From IMG/VR virus record IMGVR_UViG_3300023292_000006: a stretch of 64,000 nucleotides of DNA; one strand, written 5' to 3'. Below, piece by piece: positions 1 to 11,081 of this stretch. The translations under genes were made by a program, and so were the position numbers. The notes under the pieces were generated by a model, which saw only the letters and a program-made list of their open reading frames with translations, ran no database searches and was not told the DNA's origin. Numbering within the stretch: the stretch's first letter is position 1; the number at the start of each line of letters is the position of its first letter. The DNA comes from an uncultured virus (IMG/VR IMGVR_UViG_3300023292_000006) (taxonomy: Duplodnaviria; Heunggongvirae; Uroviricota; Caudoviricetes).

Positions 1-8
1 TCAATGGG

Positions 9-827
9 ATGCATGTTATTTCGTTTTGTAATGGAGTCTTCCTCAGAAATCTCAAGTATATTAAACTTTATGCAAAGTCAACGACATTCATAAACTGTAT
101 GACATGGAATTTCAGAAATGAGATTCAATGTCAAAGAGCTGGTTTAATTGATTTTCATCTATACCAAACTGATCATGCTTTACAAATGGTCAGCAAGAAA
201 CTAAGGAGTTTAGGAAAACCATATCGACCTATACGGTTCGAACCATACTTCCGTCGCGAAGATTTCCCATTCCATGGTAATCGCCCAACTGATAAATTTA
301 GGTTTGGTAGAATATCCAGAGGTGATGGTCAAAAGTATAATCCAAAACAGTTATGGATATATAAGAATTTCAAATCAGAAAAACCAAAGGATGGGATAAT
401 TCTTGGATGGGATAAACGTTCAAAACGAAAGTTTGGTAATAATCCACAAATACCACCATATATAAAATGTTATGAAGAGGGGGGAATTACTCAACAAGAA
501 TTTTATAAACACACAGATGTATTGATACTTGCAGCAGATACGTTTGAAAATTTACCTCGGGTGGGAATGGAAGCTATTTCATCAGGAAGCATTCTAGTTG
601 TTGATAATCGTGGTGGTTGGAAAAACCAAGTTGATAATGGTCGAACAGGATTCCTTTGTAATAATGAACATGAGTTTGTACAAAGGTCAGCTCTTCTGGC
701 TAATAATGATGTCATACGAGAAACAATGAGAAATGAAGCATTGAAGAAATTGAAAGGTCGGTGGGGGTTGGAATCTTCAATGAAGAGTTGGGATATAGTT
801 TTTGATAGATGGGAAAAATTGAAATGA
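9..827 (+). CDS. GT-B (GT4-like) glycosyltransferase, 5'-truncated by window edge
   Basis: ENLPRVGMEAISSG (E-x7-E) and VDNGRTGFL motifs; the frame stays open to the window start. Confidence 0.85.
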   Translation: MHVISFCNGVFLRNLKYIKLYAKSTTFINCMTWNFRNEIQCQRAGLIDFHLYQTDHALQMVSKKLRSLGKPYRPIRFEPYFRREDFPFHGNRPTDKFRFGRISRGDGQKYNPKQLWIYKNFKSEKPKDGIILGWDKRSKRKFGNNPQIPPYIKCYEEGGITQQEFYKHTDVLILAADTFENLPRVGMEAISSGSILVVDNRGGWKNQVDNGRTGFLCNNEHEFVQRSALLANNDVIRETMRNEALKKLKGRWGLESSMKSWDIVFDRWEKLK

Positions 828-1843
828 TTAAATGCAAAGTATGTGGTAGGGAGTTTGATTCATATAAGTCATTATCTTCCCATATACGAAAACATAAATT
901 GACAAAAAAAGATTATTATAATCTTTATATGAAAAAGGAAAATGAAGATATATGCCCTATATGTGGGAAAAGTAATATTTTTGATTATTTAACTACTGGT
1001 TATAGAAACCATTGTTCAGTTAAATGTTCAAGAAATGATAATGCTACAAAATTAAAACAAAAAAATACATGTATAGAGAGATACGGGTATGGTAGTTCAA
1101 ATCAATCGCCATCAGTAAAAAAGAAAAAAGAAATAACTTGTGTTAAAAAATATGGAGTTTCTAACCCAAGTAAAGTTGATGATGTTAAGAAGAGGAAGAA
1201 GTTGACCTGTCTTAAAAACTATGGAGTAGAAAATCCAAACCAATCAAAAGAGGTTCAATGTAGAACCAAAGAAACATATTTGAAAAAATATGGTGTTGAT
1301 CATTTTTCCAAAACTGATCAATTCAAAGAAAAATATAAATCAACATGTTTAGATAAATTTGGTGTAGATAATATTTTTAAACTTAATAGCGTGGTGAAAA
1401 AAATACAGAAAAAAAGAAAAATTACATGTTTAAAAAAATATGGTGTAGACAATTACGCTAAGACTGATGAATTCAGAGAACTATCAAGAGTCAATATTTT
1501 AAAACAAATCAGTAGACAAAGAAATAATGGTGAACCGATATATCCAATCATTGGTAAAAAAGAAAATGAATGTTTAAACATATTGGAAACGAGTCTGGAT
1601 AAAAAAATTAAACGCCAATATAATACTATTGGATATTACCTAGATGGTTATATATCAGATTTAAATATTGCTATAGAATTTGACGAACATGAACACCAGA
1701 ATCATATTAATAAAGATATAAAAAGAGAAAATGATATCCGTAGTGTGATAAATTGTAGATTTTTCCGAATTAAAGAAAAAGATTGGGACGAGAACAAAAA
1801 CAAAGTAATCAATGAATTTAAAAGGGTGATTGAAAATGTCTAA
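809..1843 (+). CDS. Putative homing endonuclease: C2H2/C4 Zn fingers, KYGV repeats, Vsr/DUF559-like PD-(D/E)XK domain
   Basis: CKVCGREF..HIRKH; repeated TCxxKYGVxN; C-terminal LDGY..IAIEFDEHEH. Confidence 0.75.
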   Translation: MGKIEMIKCKVCGREFDSYKSLSSHIRKHKLTKKDYYNLYMKKENEDICPICGKSNIFDYLTTGYRNHCSVKCSRNDNATKLKQKNTCIERYGYGSSNQSPSVKKKKEITCVKKYGVSNPSKVDDVKKRKKLTCLKNYGVENPNQSKEVQCRTKETYLKKYGVDHFSKTDQFKEKYKSTCLDKFGVDNIFKLNSVVKKIQKKRKITCLKKYGVDNYAKTDEFRELSRVNILKQISRQRNNGEPIYPIIGKKENECLNILETSLDKKIKRQYNTIGYYLDGYISDLNIAIEFDEHEHQNHINKDIKRENDIRSVINCRFFRIKEKDWDENKNKVINEFKRVIENV

Positions 1844-2747
1844 AAAATATGTTATGCGCATACTTTATGATATTCCGGGATGGGCGTACTATCATAGAGC
1901 ATGTGCACTCAAGAGATTAGCTCCACCAGATTTTGATGTATCTATTGGTTCAGATTATGGGACAGCCCTAAAATCCAAGAAACATGACCTTGTATTGCAA
2001 TTAGCTTATAGCTACGTTGGTGACCTCAAAAAACATTGTGATAGAGCTGGTCATAAATGCTGCATAGTTAGCTCATATAACGTTGGGTGGGGTTACGCGA
2101 ATAAGTGGTTGGCGGGAACCATGCGACCCTCCTATGCCACCATTATCAATAGTTATGATATGTGGGACAAGGCAGGAAGGTTACCAACTTCGTATTATAT
2201 ACCGAATGGGGTCGATAGACGGGTATTTAAACCTAAGATAAATATAGAGAAGAGACCAAACAAAGTATTATGGTGCGGATCAACTGGTCATCAAACAGTT
2301 AAAGGATATAGAGATATTTTAGTACCCCTACGAAATCTTCTTAAACGAAAAGGTATCGAACTAGATTTGAAACTAACCAATTCAATGAGACGGGATAAAC
2401 TTAACCACAAGCAAATGGCTGAATGGTACAATACTGGTAGAATATATGTTGTTGCTAGTAAAAATGAAGGCACGCCAAATCCAGCACTAGAGGCAGCATC
2501 ATGTGGGTGCCCGGTAGTATCCACTCGTGTTGGTAATATGCCAGAGCTAATTAAGGATGGGGTGAATGGTTATTTATGTGATAGAAGTGTCACATCATTG
2601 TACACAGCAATAATGAAAGCTAATCAGAATATAAAACCCATGTCTGATTCTATGTTAAAAGAAATTGCTCCGTGGGATTGGTCTATTCGAGCACCAGAAT
2701 TTTACGACTTATTTAGAAATTTGATAGATGAACGAAATCGAAGATGA
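1830..2747 (+). CDS. GT4-family glycosyltransferase
   Basis: IPNGVD, EGTPNPALEAASCGCPVVSTRVG, IKDGVNGYL. Confidence 0.9.
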   Translation: MKMSKKYVMRILYDIPGWAYYHRACALKRLAPPDFDVSIGSDYGTALKSKKHDLVLQLAYSYVGDLKKHCDRAGHKCCIVSSYNVGWGYANKWLAGTMRPSYATIINSYDMWDKAGRLPTSYYIPNGVDRRVFKPKINIEKRPNKVLWCGSTGHQTVKGYRDILVPLRNLLKRKGIELDLKLTNSMRRDKLNHKQMAEWYNTGRIYVVASKNEGTPNPALEAASCGCPVVSTRVGNMPELIKDGVNGYLCDRSVTSLYTAIMKANQNIKPMSDSMLKEIAPWDWSIRAPEFYDLFRNLIDERNRR

Positions 2748-3682
2748 GAATAATATGTCGGTTATGCAATAAAGAAATAAACAAATCATCTCTTCAAAAT
2801 CATGTTTCCCAGTTCCATAATGTTAAAACTCAAGATTATTTCGATATATATTTAAAAAAAGATATGGATGGTATATGTTTAAATTGTGGATTAGATACTA
2901 AATTTATCGGTATATCACAGGGATATAGAATATTCTGTAGTAGATTATGTCATGGGATTCAAATGAAAAATATTTTAAAAAATAAAAAAGTATGGGAATT
3001 TAATTATTTTTGTAAAATATGCAATAAGGGAACAAAAACAATTAACGGTTTATCCAAACATATAAGATATGTTCATAATATGTCCAGTGAATCATATTAC
3101 ACCAAGTATATTATGAAATCTGAAGGTGAATCTGTATGTAATGTGTGTGGGTCCCCTACTACATATAGGGGATTGGTATTAGGTTATTCGGATCACTGCG
3201 GTAACTCATGTGGATCGAAAGACCCAAAAGTACAAAAAAAATTAAAAAATACATGTATTGAGAGATACGGATATATTAATCATTCTAAAACAAGAGAATC
3301 AAGAAGAAAATCACGAGAAACCATGATCAAGTCTATAGAAATCCAAAGATTAAATGGGGAACCATTGGTTCCGTGTATAGGTTCATATGAGAGAAAATGT
3401 TTAGATATAATACAGAAGGAGACAACTTATATTATTTTAAGAAATCCTAATATTATTGGTTATTTTCCAGATGGTTATATACCAGAACTAAATATCATAA
3501 TTGAATTCGATGAACCCCATCATTTTATATCAGGGGAACTAACCTATCACGATAAACTTAGACAAAAAGAATTAGAATCTTATACCATGTCTAGATTTTT
3601 TAGAATTAAACAGAGTGAATGGTTAATGGATAGAGAAGTAATAATATCAAATTTCAGGAATTTAATAAAGGATAAACAATGA
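2744..3682 (+). CDS. Putative homing endonuclease (two Zn-finger modules + PD-(D/E)XK)
   Basis: Duplicated CxxC..H..H/CxxC module; FPDGYIPELNIIIEFDEPHH; paralogous to 809-1843. Confidence 0.75.
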   Translation: MRIICRLCNKEINKSSLQNHVSQFHNVKTQDYFDIYLKKDMDGICLNCGLDTKFIGISQGYRIFCSRLCHGIQMKNILKNKKVWEFNYFCKICNKGTKTINGLSKHIRYVHNMSSESYYTKYIMKSEGESVCNVCGSPTTYRGLVLGYSDHCGNSCGSKDPKVQKKLKNTCIERYGYINHSKTRESRRKSRETMIKSIEIQRLNGEPLVPCIGSYERKCLDIIQKETTYIILRNPNIIGYFPDGYIPELNIIIEFDEPHHFISGELTYHDKLRQKELESYTMSRFFRIKQSEWLMDREVIISNFRNLIKDKQ

Positions 3683-4647
3683 AAAACACAAATGGATCAT
3701 TCCACTTAAAAAAGAATTATGCATCCACCCCTCAAGCAAAGAATAGGAAAAGAATCAAAGATGCATTAAAACAGAGAGGGGAGGAACTAAAACAAAAGGA
3801 ATTAAAAAGAAAAACAAAAGAAAATGAGTTAAAGAGAAAACAAAAGGTATTAAGAGCAACTATTAAACCAACTCAGAAAGTTCATGGGACAAATGATTTT
3901 GAAAGATCTTTTGGATGTGAATATGAGATATTTGCATATTGTTCTGAGAATTATAAAGATGCCTATGATTTCGTTATTGGTTCATGGTTACGACCAAATG
4001 TGACAAAAGTAACTATGTATACAGATTTCGATTTTAAACCTAAAGATTCTAGAGTAGAAGTTATACCTATGTTCAAAGGTAATAAATCGAAACAATGGAT
4101 TGTCGGCACTGGGCGTCGCTTAGATATTATCAATGATTTTTCAAAACGAAATTATAATAGCAACAAGAATGTTCTATTCTTAGATATTGATTGTTACATA
4201 ACTGATGATATATCCCATGTATTTTCTAAACAGTTCGATATTGGTATAACCAGATTATTCTCTAATGAGAGTCATACATGTTCAACTGCAACAGCTGGAT
4301 TATGGTTTGCAAGAATGAATAAGGATTATCAAAAATTTATTGATGATTGGACCATAAAAGCAAATGAATACAAAAGAAAAAGAAGGGGTATCAGGGAGCA
4401 TCATATTTCTTATGTCCAATATTCATTTACCGATGTAGCAAGATTGGGACTCAAGACTAAAAAGTATGATATTCTTGCGATAGATGAGAATTTTTATAAT
4501 TCAGAACATTCATCTATTCCTAAGTGGCTACAAAAGATTAAGAAGTATCCCCCACTCATCTTACATTATAAGGGTAGAAGATTTAGGGATATACCATTGA
4601 TTAAGAAAACTTTAAATTTAGCAGGAGTCACTGATGCCAGATTTTGA
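3679..4647 (+). CDS. GT-A-fold nucleotide-diphospho-sugar transferase with basic N-terminal extension
   Basis: VLFLDIDC (DxD), TAGLWF, YN..ILHYKG. Confidence 0.7.
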   Translation: MKNTNGSFHLKKNYASTPQAKNRKRIKDALKQRGEELKQKELKRKTKENELKRKQKVLRATIKPTQKVHGTNDFERSFGCEYEIFAYCSENYKDAYDFVIGSWLRPNVTKVTMYTDFDFKPKDSRVEVIPMFKGNKSKQWIVGTGRRLDIINDFSKRNYNSNKNVLFLDIDCYITDDISHVFSKQFDIGITRLFSNESHTCSTATAGLWFARMNKDYQKFIDDWTIKANEYKRKRRGIREHHISYVQYSFTDVARLGLKTKKYDILAIDENFYNSEHSSIPKWLQKIKKYPPLILHYKGRRFRDIPLIKKTLNLAGVTDARF

Positions 4648-5359
4648 TATTGTTACTTATTGCTCTGGTTCATATATGGAAGCTTTTGATGCCCATATCC
4701 GATCATGGTTAAAACATACTAAAGCCAAAAATATCTATGTGTATAGTGATGAACCAGCAGAATCTTTTCATGTTAATAATTCCAGGGTAGTTATTAAACC
4801 ATTTTATAAGAAATGTGATAACTGGATAACAAATGTGGGTAGAAAAACAAAATGTATATTAGACTATCTTGAAAAAACAGATAGAAAATATTTTGCATTT
4901 ATTGAAATGGACTGTTTCATAGTATCAGATTTTAGTGAAGTATTTGATCCAGCGATTGATATATCAATAACCAGATTATTCAGTACTGAAAGTTATACTC
5001 ATGCAACAATAACTTGTGGGGTATGGTTCGCCCAAGTTACACCTAAATTACGGCAATTTATGAAACAATGGCATGCAGCGTCTAGATCTTATATGAAATC
5101 CAAAATTGGTATAACACCATCTCTAATTGCATATGATCAATTATCCTTTACTGATATGATTAGACCAGCATATGTTAATCAAACATTTAGGGTTAAAGCT
5201 ATAGACGAACATATTTATAACTGTGAACACACAAAATCTGAAGAATTATTAAAACAAATTGAAACTGAAACTCCAAAGATTATTCATTTTAAAGGTAAAC
5301 GTTTCAAAAATAAAAAACATATACAAGCAGTATTCAATGTTTTATATCCAAAAAAATGA
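4634..5359 (+). CDS. GT-A-fold transferase, paralog of 3679-4647
   Basis: Shares ITRLFS.ES.T..T.T.G.WFA, DQ, YN and IIHFKG; has EMD at the DxD position. Confidence 0.65.
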   Translation: MPDFDIVTYCSGSYMEAFDAHIRSWLKHTKAKNIYVYSDEPAESFHVNNSRVVIKPFYKKCDNWITNVGRKTKCILDYLEKTDRKYFAFIEMDCFIVSDFSEVFDPAIDISITRLFSTESYTHATITCGVWFAQVTPKLRQFMKQWHAASRSYMKSKIGITPSLIAYDQLSFTDMIRPAYVNQTFRVKAIDEHIYNCEHTKSEELLKQIETETPKIIHFKGKRFKNKKHIQAVFNVLYPKK

Positions 5360-6132
5360 ATATGAATAATATAGAATTTTCTTGTTTATTCACAACTGGT
5401 AGATCTGGTACTGCATTATTATCTCAAGTGTTTGGTGGAAACAAATGGGAAAAAAGAAAATATCATTATTCATCTAATAATTTAATATGTCATGAATGTT
5501 GGGATACTAAAAGATTTCGAATCGATGAATTAAAAGAAGAACCAAGTTTTACTTCTAATGAATCGTTACATATACAAAAAGGTTTAATCAATCAACAATT
5601 ATCAGATGCAATAACTGACTTTCATGGTATAAAAAAATATTTTGTATGTGATCATAGAGTTGGGAGATATTTTTCCAATTATATATCATCTCAATCAAAT
5701 TCAAAAATTATTTATATTGAAAGAAATATAAATCAAGTAATCGATTCTTATTGTAAAAAGTGGAATGACCGACTCAATCGGATTGGGGAAGATAATTTTA
5801 ATAGATTTGAAAAGCGAGCATGGTGCTTAAATCTGTATCAAGCCACTGATGGATTTTGTATAACTAAAATGACAGATAGTGAATGGAATAAGTTGAGTTT
5901 GAAAGAAAAACTCGAATGGTATTGTGTAGAATGCAAAAATCAATGGTTACATTTTAAAACTAGTAAACCTAAGGCTAATGTATATGAAATTAATTTTGCC
6001 GATATGGTTACATTTGAAGGAATGAATGATATGGCATTGTTTCTTGATCTTCCATTATACAAAGATTTTCTCTCAATAAAAGTAAATGATAGAAATGATA
6101 TTCTAAAGAGAGATGATAAAAATGAAATTTAA
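5356..6132 (+). CDS. Sulfotransferase-family (PAPS-binding) protein
   Basis: TTGRSGT 5'-PSB-like loop, KIIYIERN..V.DS 3'-PB-like motif, late YEINFADM. Confidence 0.65.
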   Translation: MNMNNIEFSCLFTTGRSGTALLSQVFGGNKWEKRKYHYSSNNLICHECWDTKRFRIDELKEEPSFTSNESLHIQKGLINQQLSDAITDFHGIKKYFVCDHRVGRYFSNYISSQSNSKIIYIERNINQVIDSYCKKWNDRLNRIGEDNFNRFEKRAWCLNLYQATDGFCITKMTDSEWNKLSLKEKLEWYCVECKNQWLHFKTSKPKANVYEINFADMVTFEGMNDMALFLDLPLYKDFLSIKVNDRNDILKRDDKNEI

Positions 6133-6745
6133 ATTAACAGATGAATATAGAAAAATTGCAGGATTACAAGTTTCTAAATCTGTGACAGATGTCAATAGTT
6201 ATTTGAAATTATGTGAATCAGAATATGAATGTTTTAAAGATCATATCATTGATCCCCAATCTATTTTAGAGTTGGGTTGTGGACTCGGTAGGATGTCAAT
6301 TTTTTTGAATGATAAATTACCAACGTCCGATAGAAATTTCATATTAGCAGACTCGACTAATATGCCTGAAAAGGTAACTTTTGGATGGAATCCATCATCA
6401 GGTTTTTATAACGATTTAAATTTAACATCTCAATTCTGCAATGACCATGGATTATCAAATCATACTATTTTAGACTTATCTACTGAATCGATTAATCAAT
6501 TGAAAAATATCGATTTAGTAATATCTTTTTTATCAGTCGGTTTTCATTACCCGATTGAAAACTATATTCCTCAGTTGTTAGATATTACTACGCCCGAGTG
6601 TCTGTTTATTTTCGGTGTTCGAGAAGATGTATATAATGAAAATTGTCTCAGTGATCATTTCGTAATTATTAAATTAATAGAACAAACTAATATAAATACT
6701 AAAGAAAATATATTGATTATGAAAAAGAAGGTTAATTCGAAATGA
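6113..6745 (+). CDS. Class I SAM-dependent methyltransferase
   Basis: ILELGCGLG motif I; DLVISFLSVGFHYP. Confidence 0.85.
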   Translation: MIKMKFKLTDEYRKIAGLQVSKSVTDVNSYLKLCESEYECFKDHIIDPQSILELGCGLGRMSIFLNDKLPTSDRNFILADSTNMPEKVTFGWNPSSGFYNDLNLTSQFCNDHGLSNHTILDLSTESINQLKNIDLVISFLSVGFHYPIENYIPQLLDITTPECLFIFGVREDVYNENCLSDHFVIIKLIEQTNINTKENILIMKKKVNSK

Positions 6746-7767
6746 AGATTAAGATAGTCGCAGGTGATCGAAATCATATCCAATTAGAACCTCTTAACAG
6801 GAAAAAAATTCGATCTAAATTAAAAGAAAAAGGTATAACTTTTGTAGAATCAAATCCAGATATGATTCTATATCATACATACAAAGCACCTAAACCATTG
6901 AAAATATCCGTGTTCGATTCTGGTATCCCTGTAATGATTCTTGAACGAGTTGCATCTGCACATATCAATTCAACAAAACCCATACAGTCGGATAATGTAG
7001 TTGGTGTTTTAAAAAGTACATCCTTTCGAGATTTAAATATAAATAATATACCATATCAAGTGATGGCTAAAAATGGCAAAAAGATGAAGAGTAAATATCA
7101 TAGCAAATTGATATACGAATCTTTATCTTGTGACATGGAATATACTGATCCACGAATGATTCCACCTGAGTTTTTTAATAAAGTTGAATTATGGTATAAT
7201 TTCGCGTGTTATAAAATGATGAATCCATATGTCCGAAGTGATAAATCATTAAATATGAATCGACCACTGGATTTGGGTTTCATTGGAACAACAAAATATG
7301 GTGATCACTCTAAATCTATTACGTTTCATAGAACAGATTGCATGAAGAAGATTAAAAAACTAAAAAATGTTAAAACTGAAATATACCCATCGAGAATTTC
7401 TGGAAAACAAAAATACATTAACAATATACTCAATTGTAAAATAGGAATTTCTCCGTGGGGATTGGGTGAAAAATGTTATAGAGATTTTGAGATCATATAT
7501 GGTGGCGGTATTTTATTGAAGCCAGATACTTCATTTGTGGTTGATTGGATTGATAGTTACAATTTGGATAATAATTACTATGTCCCATGTGAAATTAACT
7601 TTTCTGATCTTCAAAGTAAGGTAGATGATATTCTATCAAACTGGAAAAAATATAGTAAACAGGCATTATTAGCTAGAAAAAAATTAATATCGAAGTGTCG
7701 TGATGATAACGAAATTGCTAATCTTATATTTAATGTATTCACAAACTGCTCTAAGAGGATAATATGA
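6742..7767 (+). CDS. Glycosyltransferase-like protein (GT-B C-terminal domain)
   Basis: KIGISPWGLGEKCYRDFEIIYGG..LKPD..YYVPC; cluster context. Confidence 0.6.
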   Translation: MKIKIVAGDRNHIQLEPLNRKKIRSKLKEKGITFVESNPDMILYHTYKAPKPLKISVFDSGIPVMILERVASAHINSTKPIQSDNVVGVLKSTSFRDLNINNIPYQVMAKNGKKMKSKYHSKLIYESLSCDMEYTDPRMIPPEFFNKVELWYNFACYKMMNPYVRSDKSLNMNRPLDLGFIGTTKYGDHSKSITFHRTDCMKKIKKLKNVKTEIYPSRISGKQKYINNILNCKIGISPWGLGEKCYRDFEIIYGGGILLKPDTSFVVDWIDSYNLDNNYYVPCEINFSDLQSKVDDILSNWKKYSKQALLARKKLISKCRDDNEIANLIFNVFTNCSKRII

Positions 7768-8417
7768 CAAGTGCAATTTATACCAGTATTGTTGGGAATA
7801 AAGATTCTTTATTGACTCAAAATAAATTTGAAGGATTTTCGAATTATTTGTTTAGTGATGAAAAATATGAAAATGATAGCTACAATGTCATAGTAAACCC
7901 AAGAGAATTTGAAAATCCAAGAATGGAAGCAAAAAAATATAAACTATTTCCTGCTAAATATTTACCATCAGAATTTGATATATCTATATGGGTTGATGGT
8001 AATGTTAGAGTTATTAAAAATCCATCAAGTTTAATCGCTGATTATATTGTCGATCAGAATTATGATATTTTAACATTCAACCATCCTAGGAAAAAAAGAA
8101 CAATATATCAGGAAATTGAAACTTGTATCAAACAAAATGGTAGAAGAGGAAATGTTTCAAACCTCAATCGACAATATGAAGCTTATAAAGAATTAGGTAT
8201 CCCAGATTATTCTGTGACAATGTGTAGAGTTATTATCAGACGTCATTCTATTGTTTGTAATGATTTAATGAATAGCTGGTGGTCAGAAATTCAAAATTAT
8301 TCCATTCGAGACCAAGTTAGCTTTCCATATGTAATAACACAATCTGAATGTAAATGGAAGTCATTATCATATTCACAATTCGGTGTATTTTTTAAAAAAA
8401 CCAAACATAGGTCATAA
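7764..8417 (+). CDS. DUF616/TOD1-MUCI70-like glycosyltransferase
   Basis: AIYTSIVG.KD.L, KYKLFP, SIWVDGN, HP.K..IYQE, RDQVSFPY. Confidence 0.8.
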   Translation: MTSAIYTSIVGNKDSLLTQNKFEGFSNYLFSDEKYENDSYNVIVNPREFENPRMEAKKYKLFPAKYLPSEFDISIWVDGNVRVIKNPSSLIADYIVDQNYDILTFNHPRKKRTIYQEIETCIKQNGRRGNVSNLNRQYEAYKELGIPDYSVTMCRVIIRRHSIVCNDLMNSWWSEIQNYSIRDQVSFPYVITQSECKWKSLSYSQFGVFFKKTKHRS

Positions 8418-8418
8418 T

Positions 8419-9192
8419 ATGAAAGTAGCAATTTGTTTTTCAGGATTGTTGAGGAGTTTTCAAGATTGTTTCCCTAGTTATTATGAAAACATCATTAAAC
8501 ATTATGATTGTGATATTTTCATGTATGTTCCAGACGAGGATGATATTGATGATAAGCTATCTATTTTAGATATGTGTAGTGGTAAAAAAATCATTCAAAA
8601 ATTTAATGAATCCGATATTCCTGAGCAAGAATATCAAAAGCAACTAGGAAATTGTACTGTTCAACAGGTTCTTCGATTGATGACATATTTGAAAAAAGTT
8701 GAATCTATGAAACATGAATATGAAAAGAAACATAAATTTACATATGATTGGGTTTTTAGATGCAGATGTGATACTAGAGTTATTAAAGGGCCAGTAGAGA
8801 AGTTACATAATCTAAATCCTAATAAGATATATATCCCCAACCACGACCACTGGAGGGGAATCAATGATCGTTTTGCATTTGGAAGTTCAAAGTTAATGGA
8901 TCTTTATCATAACAGAATAGATTATCTAGATGAATATTTTGATAGTGGTGGAGTTTTACATGATGAAAGCTATCTAAGAGCATTTTTAGAAAAGTTTAAA
9001 ATACCAATTTGCAAAACTGCTATTCATGTTGAGATTTTGCGACCATCTGGTAAAACGAAATACAATATATATCAAAAAAACCATCAATTCCCAGAACTTA
9101 ATTATAATGATAAATGGAATCATTACCAATCTCATGTCGGTGGTACTAAAAGTCAAAGAAGGAAAAATGAATATTCATCAAAAATATGTTAG
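8419..9192 (+). CDS. Putative glycosyltransferase (KVAICFSG.LR family)
   Basis: MKVAICFSGLLRSF, YDWVFRCRCD, INDRFAFG; start moved to ATG 8419. Confidence 0.6.
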   Translation: MKVAICFSGLLRSFQDCFPSYYENIIKHYDCDIFMYVPDEDDIDDKLSILDMCSGKKIIQKFNESDIPEQEYQKQLGNCTVQQVLRLMTYLKKVESMKHEYEKKHKFTYDWVFRCRCDTRVIKGPVEKLHNLNPNKIYIPNHDHWRGINDRFAFGSSKLMDLYHNRIDYLDEYFDSGGVLHDESYLRAFLEKFKIPICKTAIHVEILRPSGKTKYNIYQKNHQFPELNYNDKWNHYQSHVGGTKSQRRKNEYSSKIC

Positions 9193-9718
9193 TTATTGTA
9201 AAAAGAAGTCAGATATCAATGAGCATTTACCAACGCTATTTAAATATGCTAAAGAATGTAAACATATCACTGAATTTGGTTCTAGAAAATTTGTTAGTAT
9301 ATGGGCATTCTTAAAATCTAATCCCGATCATTTAATTTCGTATGATATTGTTCAACATAAAAATCTAAATGAAGTTAAAAAACAATCGGAGTTAGCAGAA
9401 ATAGAATTTACATTCTATAAACAGGATGTTTTAGATGTAACAATTGAAGAAACTGATTTATTGTTTATAGACACCTGGCACATATATGATCAATTGATCC
9501 AAGAATTGAATATCCATTCTGGTAATGTTCGCAAATATATCATTCTTCATGATACTACAACATTTGGTGAAGTCGGGGAGAGTAAGAAATCAAAAAAGAC
9601 ATATAAAGGATTGAATTTAGCAGTTAACGAATTTTTAGATTCTAATTCAAATTGGCGGAAAAAAGAAATTTTTATAAATGATAATGGATTAACAATATTA
9701 GAGAGGATCGAGAAATGA
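9167..9718 (+). CDS. Class I SAM methyltransferase-like (Methyltransf_24-like)
   Basis: SDINEHLPTL, ITEFG, DLLFIDTWH.Y, YIILHDT, NGLTIL; start moved to ATG 9167. Confidence 0.7.
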   Translation: MNIHQKYVSYCKKKSDINEHLPTLFKYAKECKHITEFGSRKFVSIWAFLKSNPDHLISYDIVQHKNLNEVKKQSELAEIEFTFYKQDVLDVTIEETDLLFIDTWHIYDQLIQELNIHSGNVRKYIILHDTTTFGEVGESKKSKKTYKGLNLAVNEFLDSNSNWRKKEIFINDNGLTILERIEK

Positions 9719-10320
9719 CTAAAATAGGAAGACATGTCAGAGATAATCAAAAACATTTAGGCGGATATACGAAAGGCGGAAATATAACATCAATGTCTCC
9801 ACCTGTATGGGATAGTATAATTAAATTATTCAAACCATCGACTATGATTGATATTGGTTGTGGCGAAGGTCATGCTATGGAATACTTTTTAAAGAAAAAT
9901 ATTATATCTATTGGAGTTGATGGATGCAAAGAGACTTTAAAAGATTCAAATATACCCCATTTAATTAGTATATGGGATTTTTCAAAAGGTCCATTTGTAA
10001 CCGATCAATTATTTGATTTGGGTTGGTGCTGTGAATTTGTAGAACATGTCGAGGAACAATATACAGACAATTTCATTGAATTATTTAAAAAATGCAAAGT
10101 TGTTGCTATGACACATGCTATTCCTGGACAGACTGGGTTACATCATGTCAATTGTCAAAATTCAGATTATTGGATTGATAAAATGGAAGCTAATAATTTT
10201 GGATATGAAAAGGATTTATCTCTACATCTTCGATCATTGAATTCTAAAAGTAAAAAAGAAATTGGATTTTTAGTTGGTAGAACACTTATGTTATTTATAA
10301 ATAAAGAGTTGATAGTATGA
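9715..10320 (+). CDS. Class I SAM-dependent methyltransferase
   Basis: MIDIGCGEG, FDLGWCCEFVEHV, PGQTGLHHVNCQ. Confidence 0.85.
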   Translation: MTKIGRHVRDNQKHLGGYTKGGNITSMSPPVWDSIIKLFKPSTMIDIGCGEGHAMEYFLKKNIISIGVDGCKETLKDSNIPHLISIWDFSKGPFVTDQLFDLGWCCEFVEHVEEQYTDNFIELFKKCKVVAMTHAIPGQTGLHHVNCQNSDYWIDKMEANNFGYEKDLSLHLRSLNSKSKKEIGFLVGRTLMLFINKELIV

Positions 10321-11081
10321 AAAATTCAGAAGAAACATTATTCCTTCAACATAATTTAACAATATGTATCCCTACAAATTATGTAAAGTCGTCGCCTGGT
10401 ATTTCATTAATAAAAGAATCACTTTCTACATTGATATTAATGTATCCAGAAATTCAATATTGTAACATAATTATTTCATATGATCAACATAAAACGGACA
10501 AGGAATCTGCACAATATTTAGAAAATTTACAATCACTATCTGAAGAATATCATAATCTTGAAGTTGTGACTACTATGTCAAAGAATAAATTAGATGGTCA
10601 ACCTAAATCATTTATCAATATGACATCATTAGTAAAAACTCCATATTTACTATTCTTCGAACATGATTGGATTTTTAAGAAAACAGTTGATTTCTATAAA
10701 ATAATCAATACAATGATTGATAATCCATTTGTTGATTTTGTGTCATTCAACAAAAGACAAAATATAAAGAAAAAAGCTGACTACATTCTTCAGCCAGAAA
10801 CCAGAATATCTGAGATTTCATTATTAAAATCATCTCGTTATTCTAACAATCCACATATCGCAACATTGGCATTTTGGCACATCAAAATACCAAAGATACT
10901 AAAAGGAAATAACCAAGGTAAAGGATCCCATCCGATTGAAAGTGTGATATTTCCATATTATTCGAATCTAATTAAGAAAATTGGTTTCGATGAGGCGCAT
11001 GAGCAAATGGGAATATATTTATATGGTGAAATGAATGATCCATCAATATTAACCCATTTAGATGGAAAGAAATTTAAATGA
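10317..11081 (+). CDS. GT2-like (GT-A) glycosyltransferase
   Basis: TICIPT start, VKTPYLLFFEHDW, SNNPH, HLDG end. Confidence 0.65.
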   Translation: MKNSEETLFLQHNLTICIPTNYVKSSPGISLIKESLSTLILMYPEIQYCNIIISYDQHKTDKESAQYLENLQSLSEEYHNLEVVTTMSKNKLDGQPKSFINMTSLVKTPYLLFFEHDWIFKKTVDFYKIINTMIDNPFVDFVSFNKRQNIKKKADYILQPETRISEISLLKSSRYSNNPHIATLAFWHIKIPKILKGNNQGKGSHPIESVIFPYYSNLIKKIGFDEAHEQMGIYLYGEMNDPSILTHLDGKKFK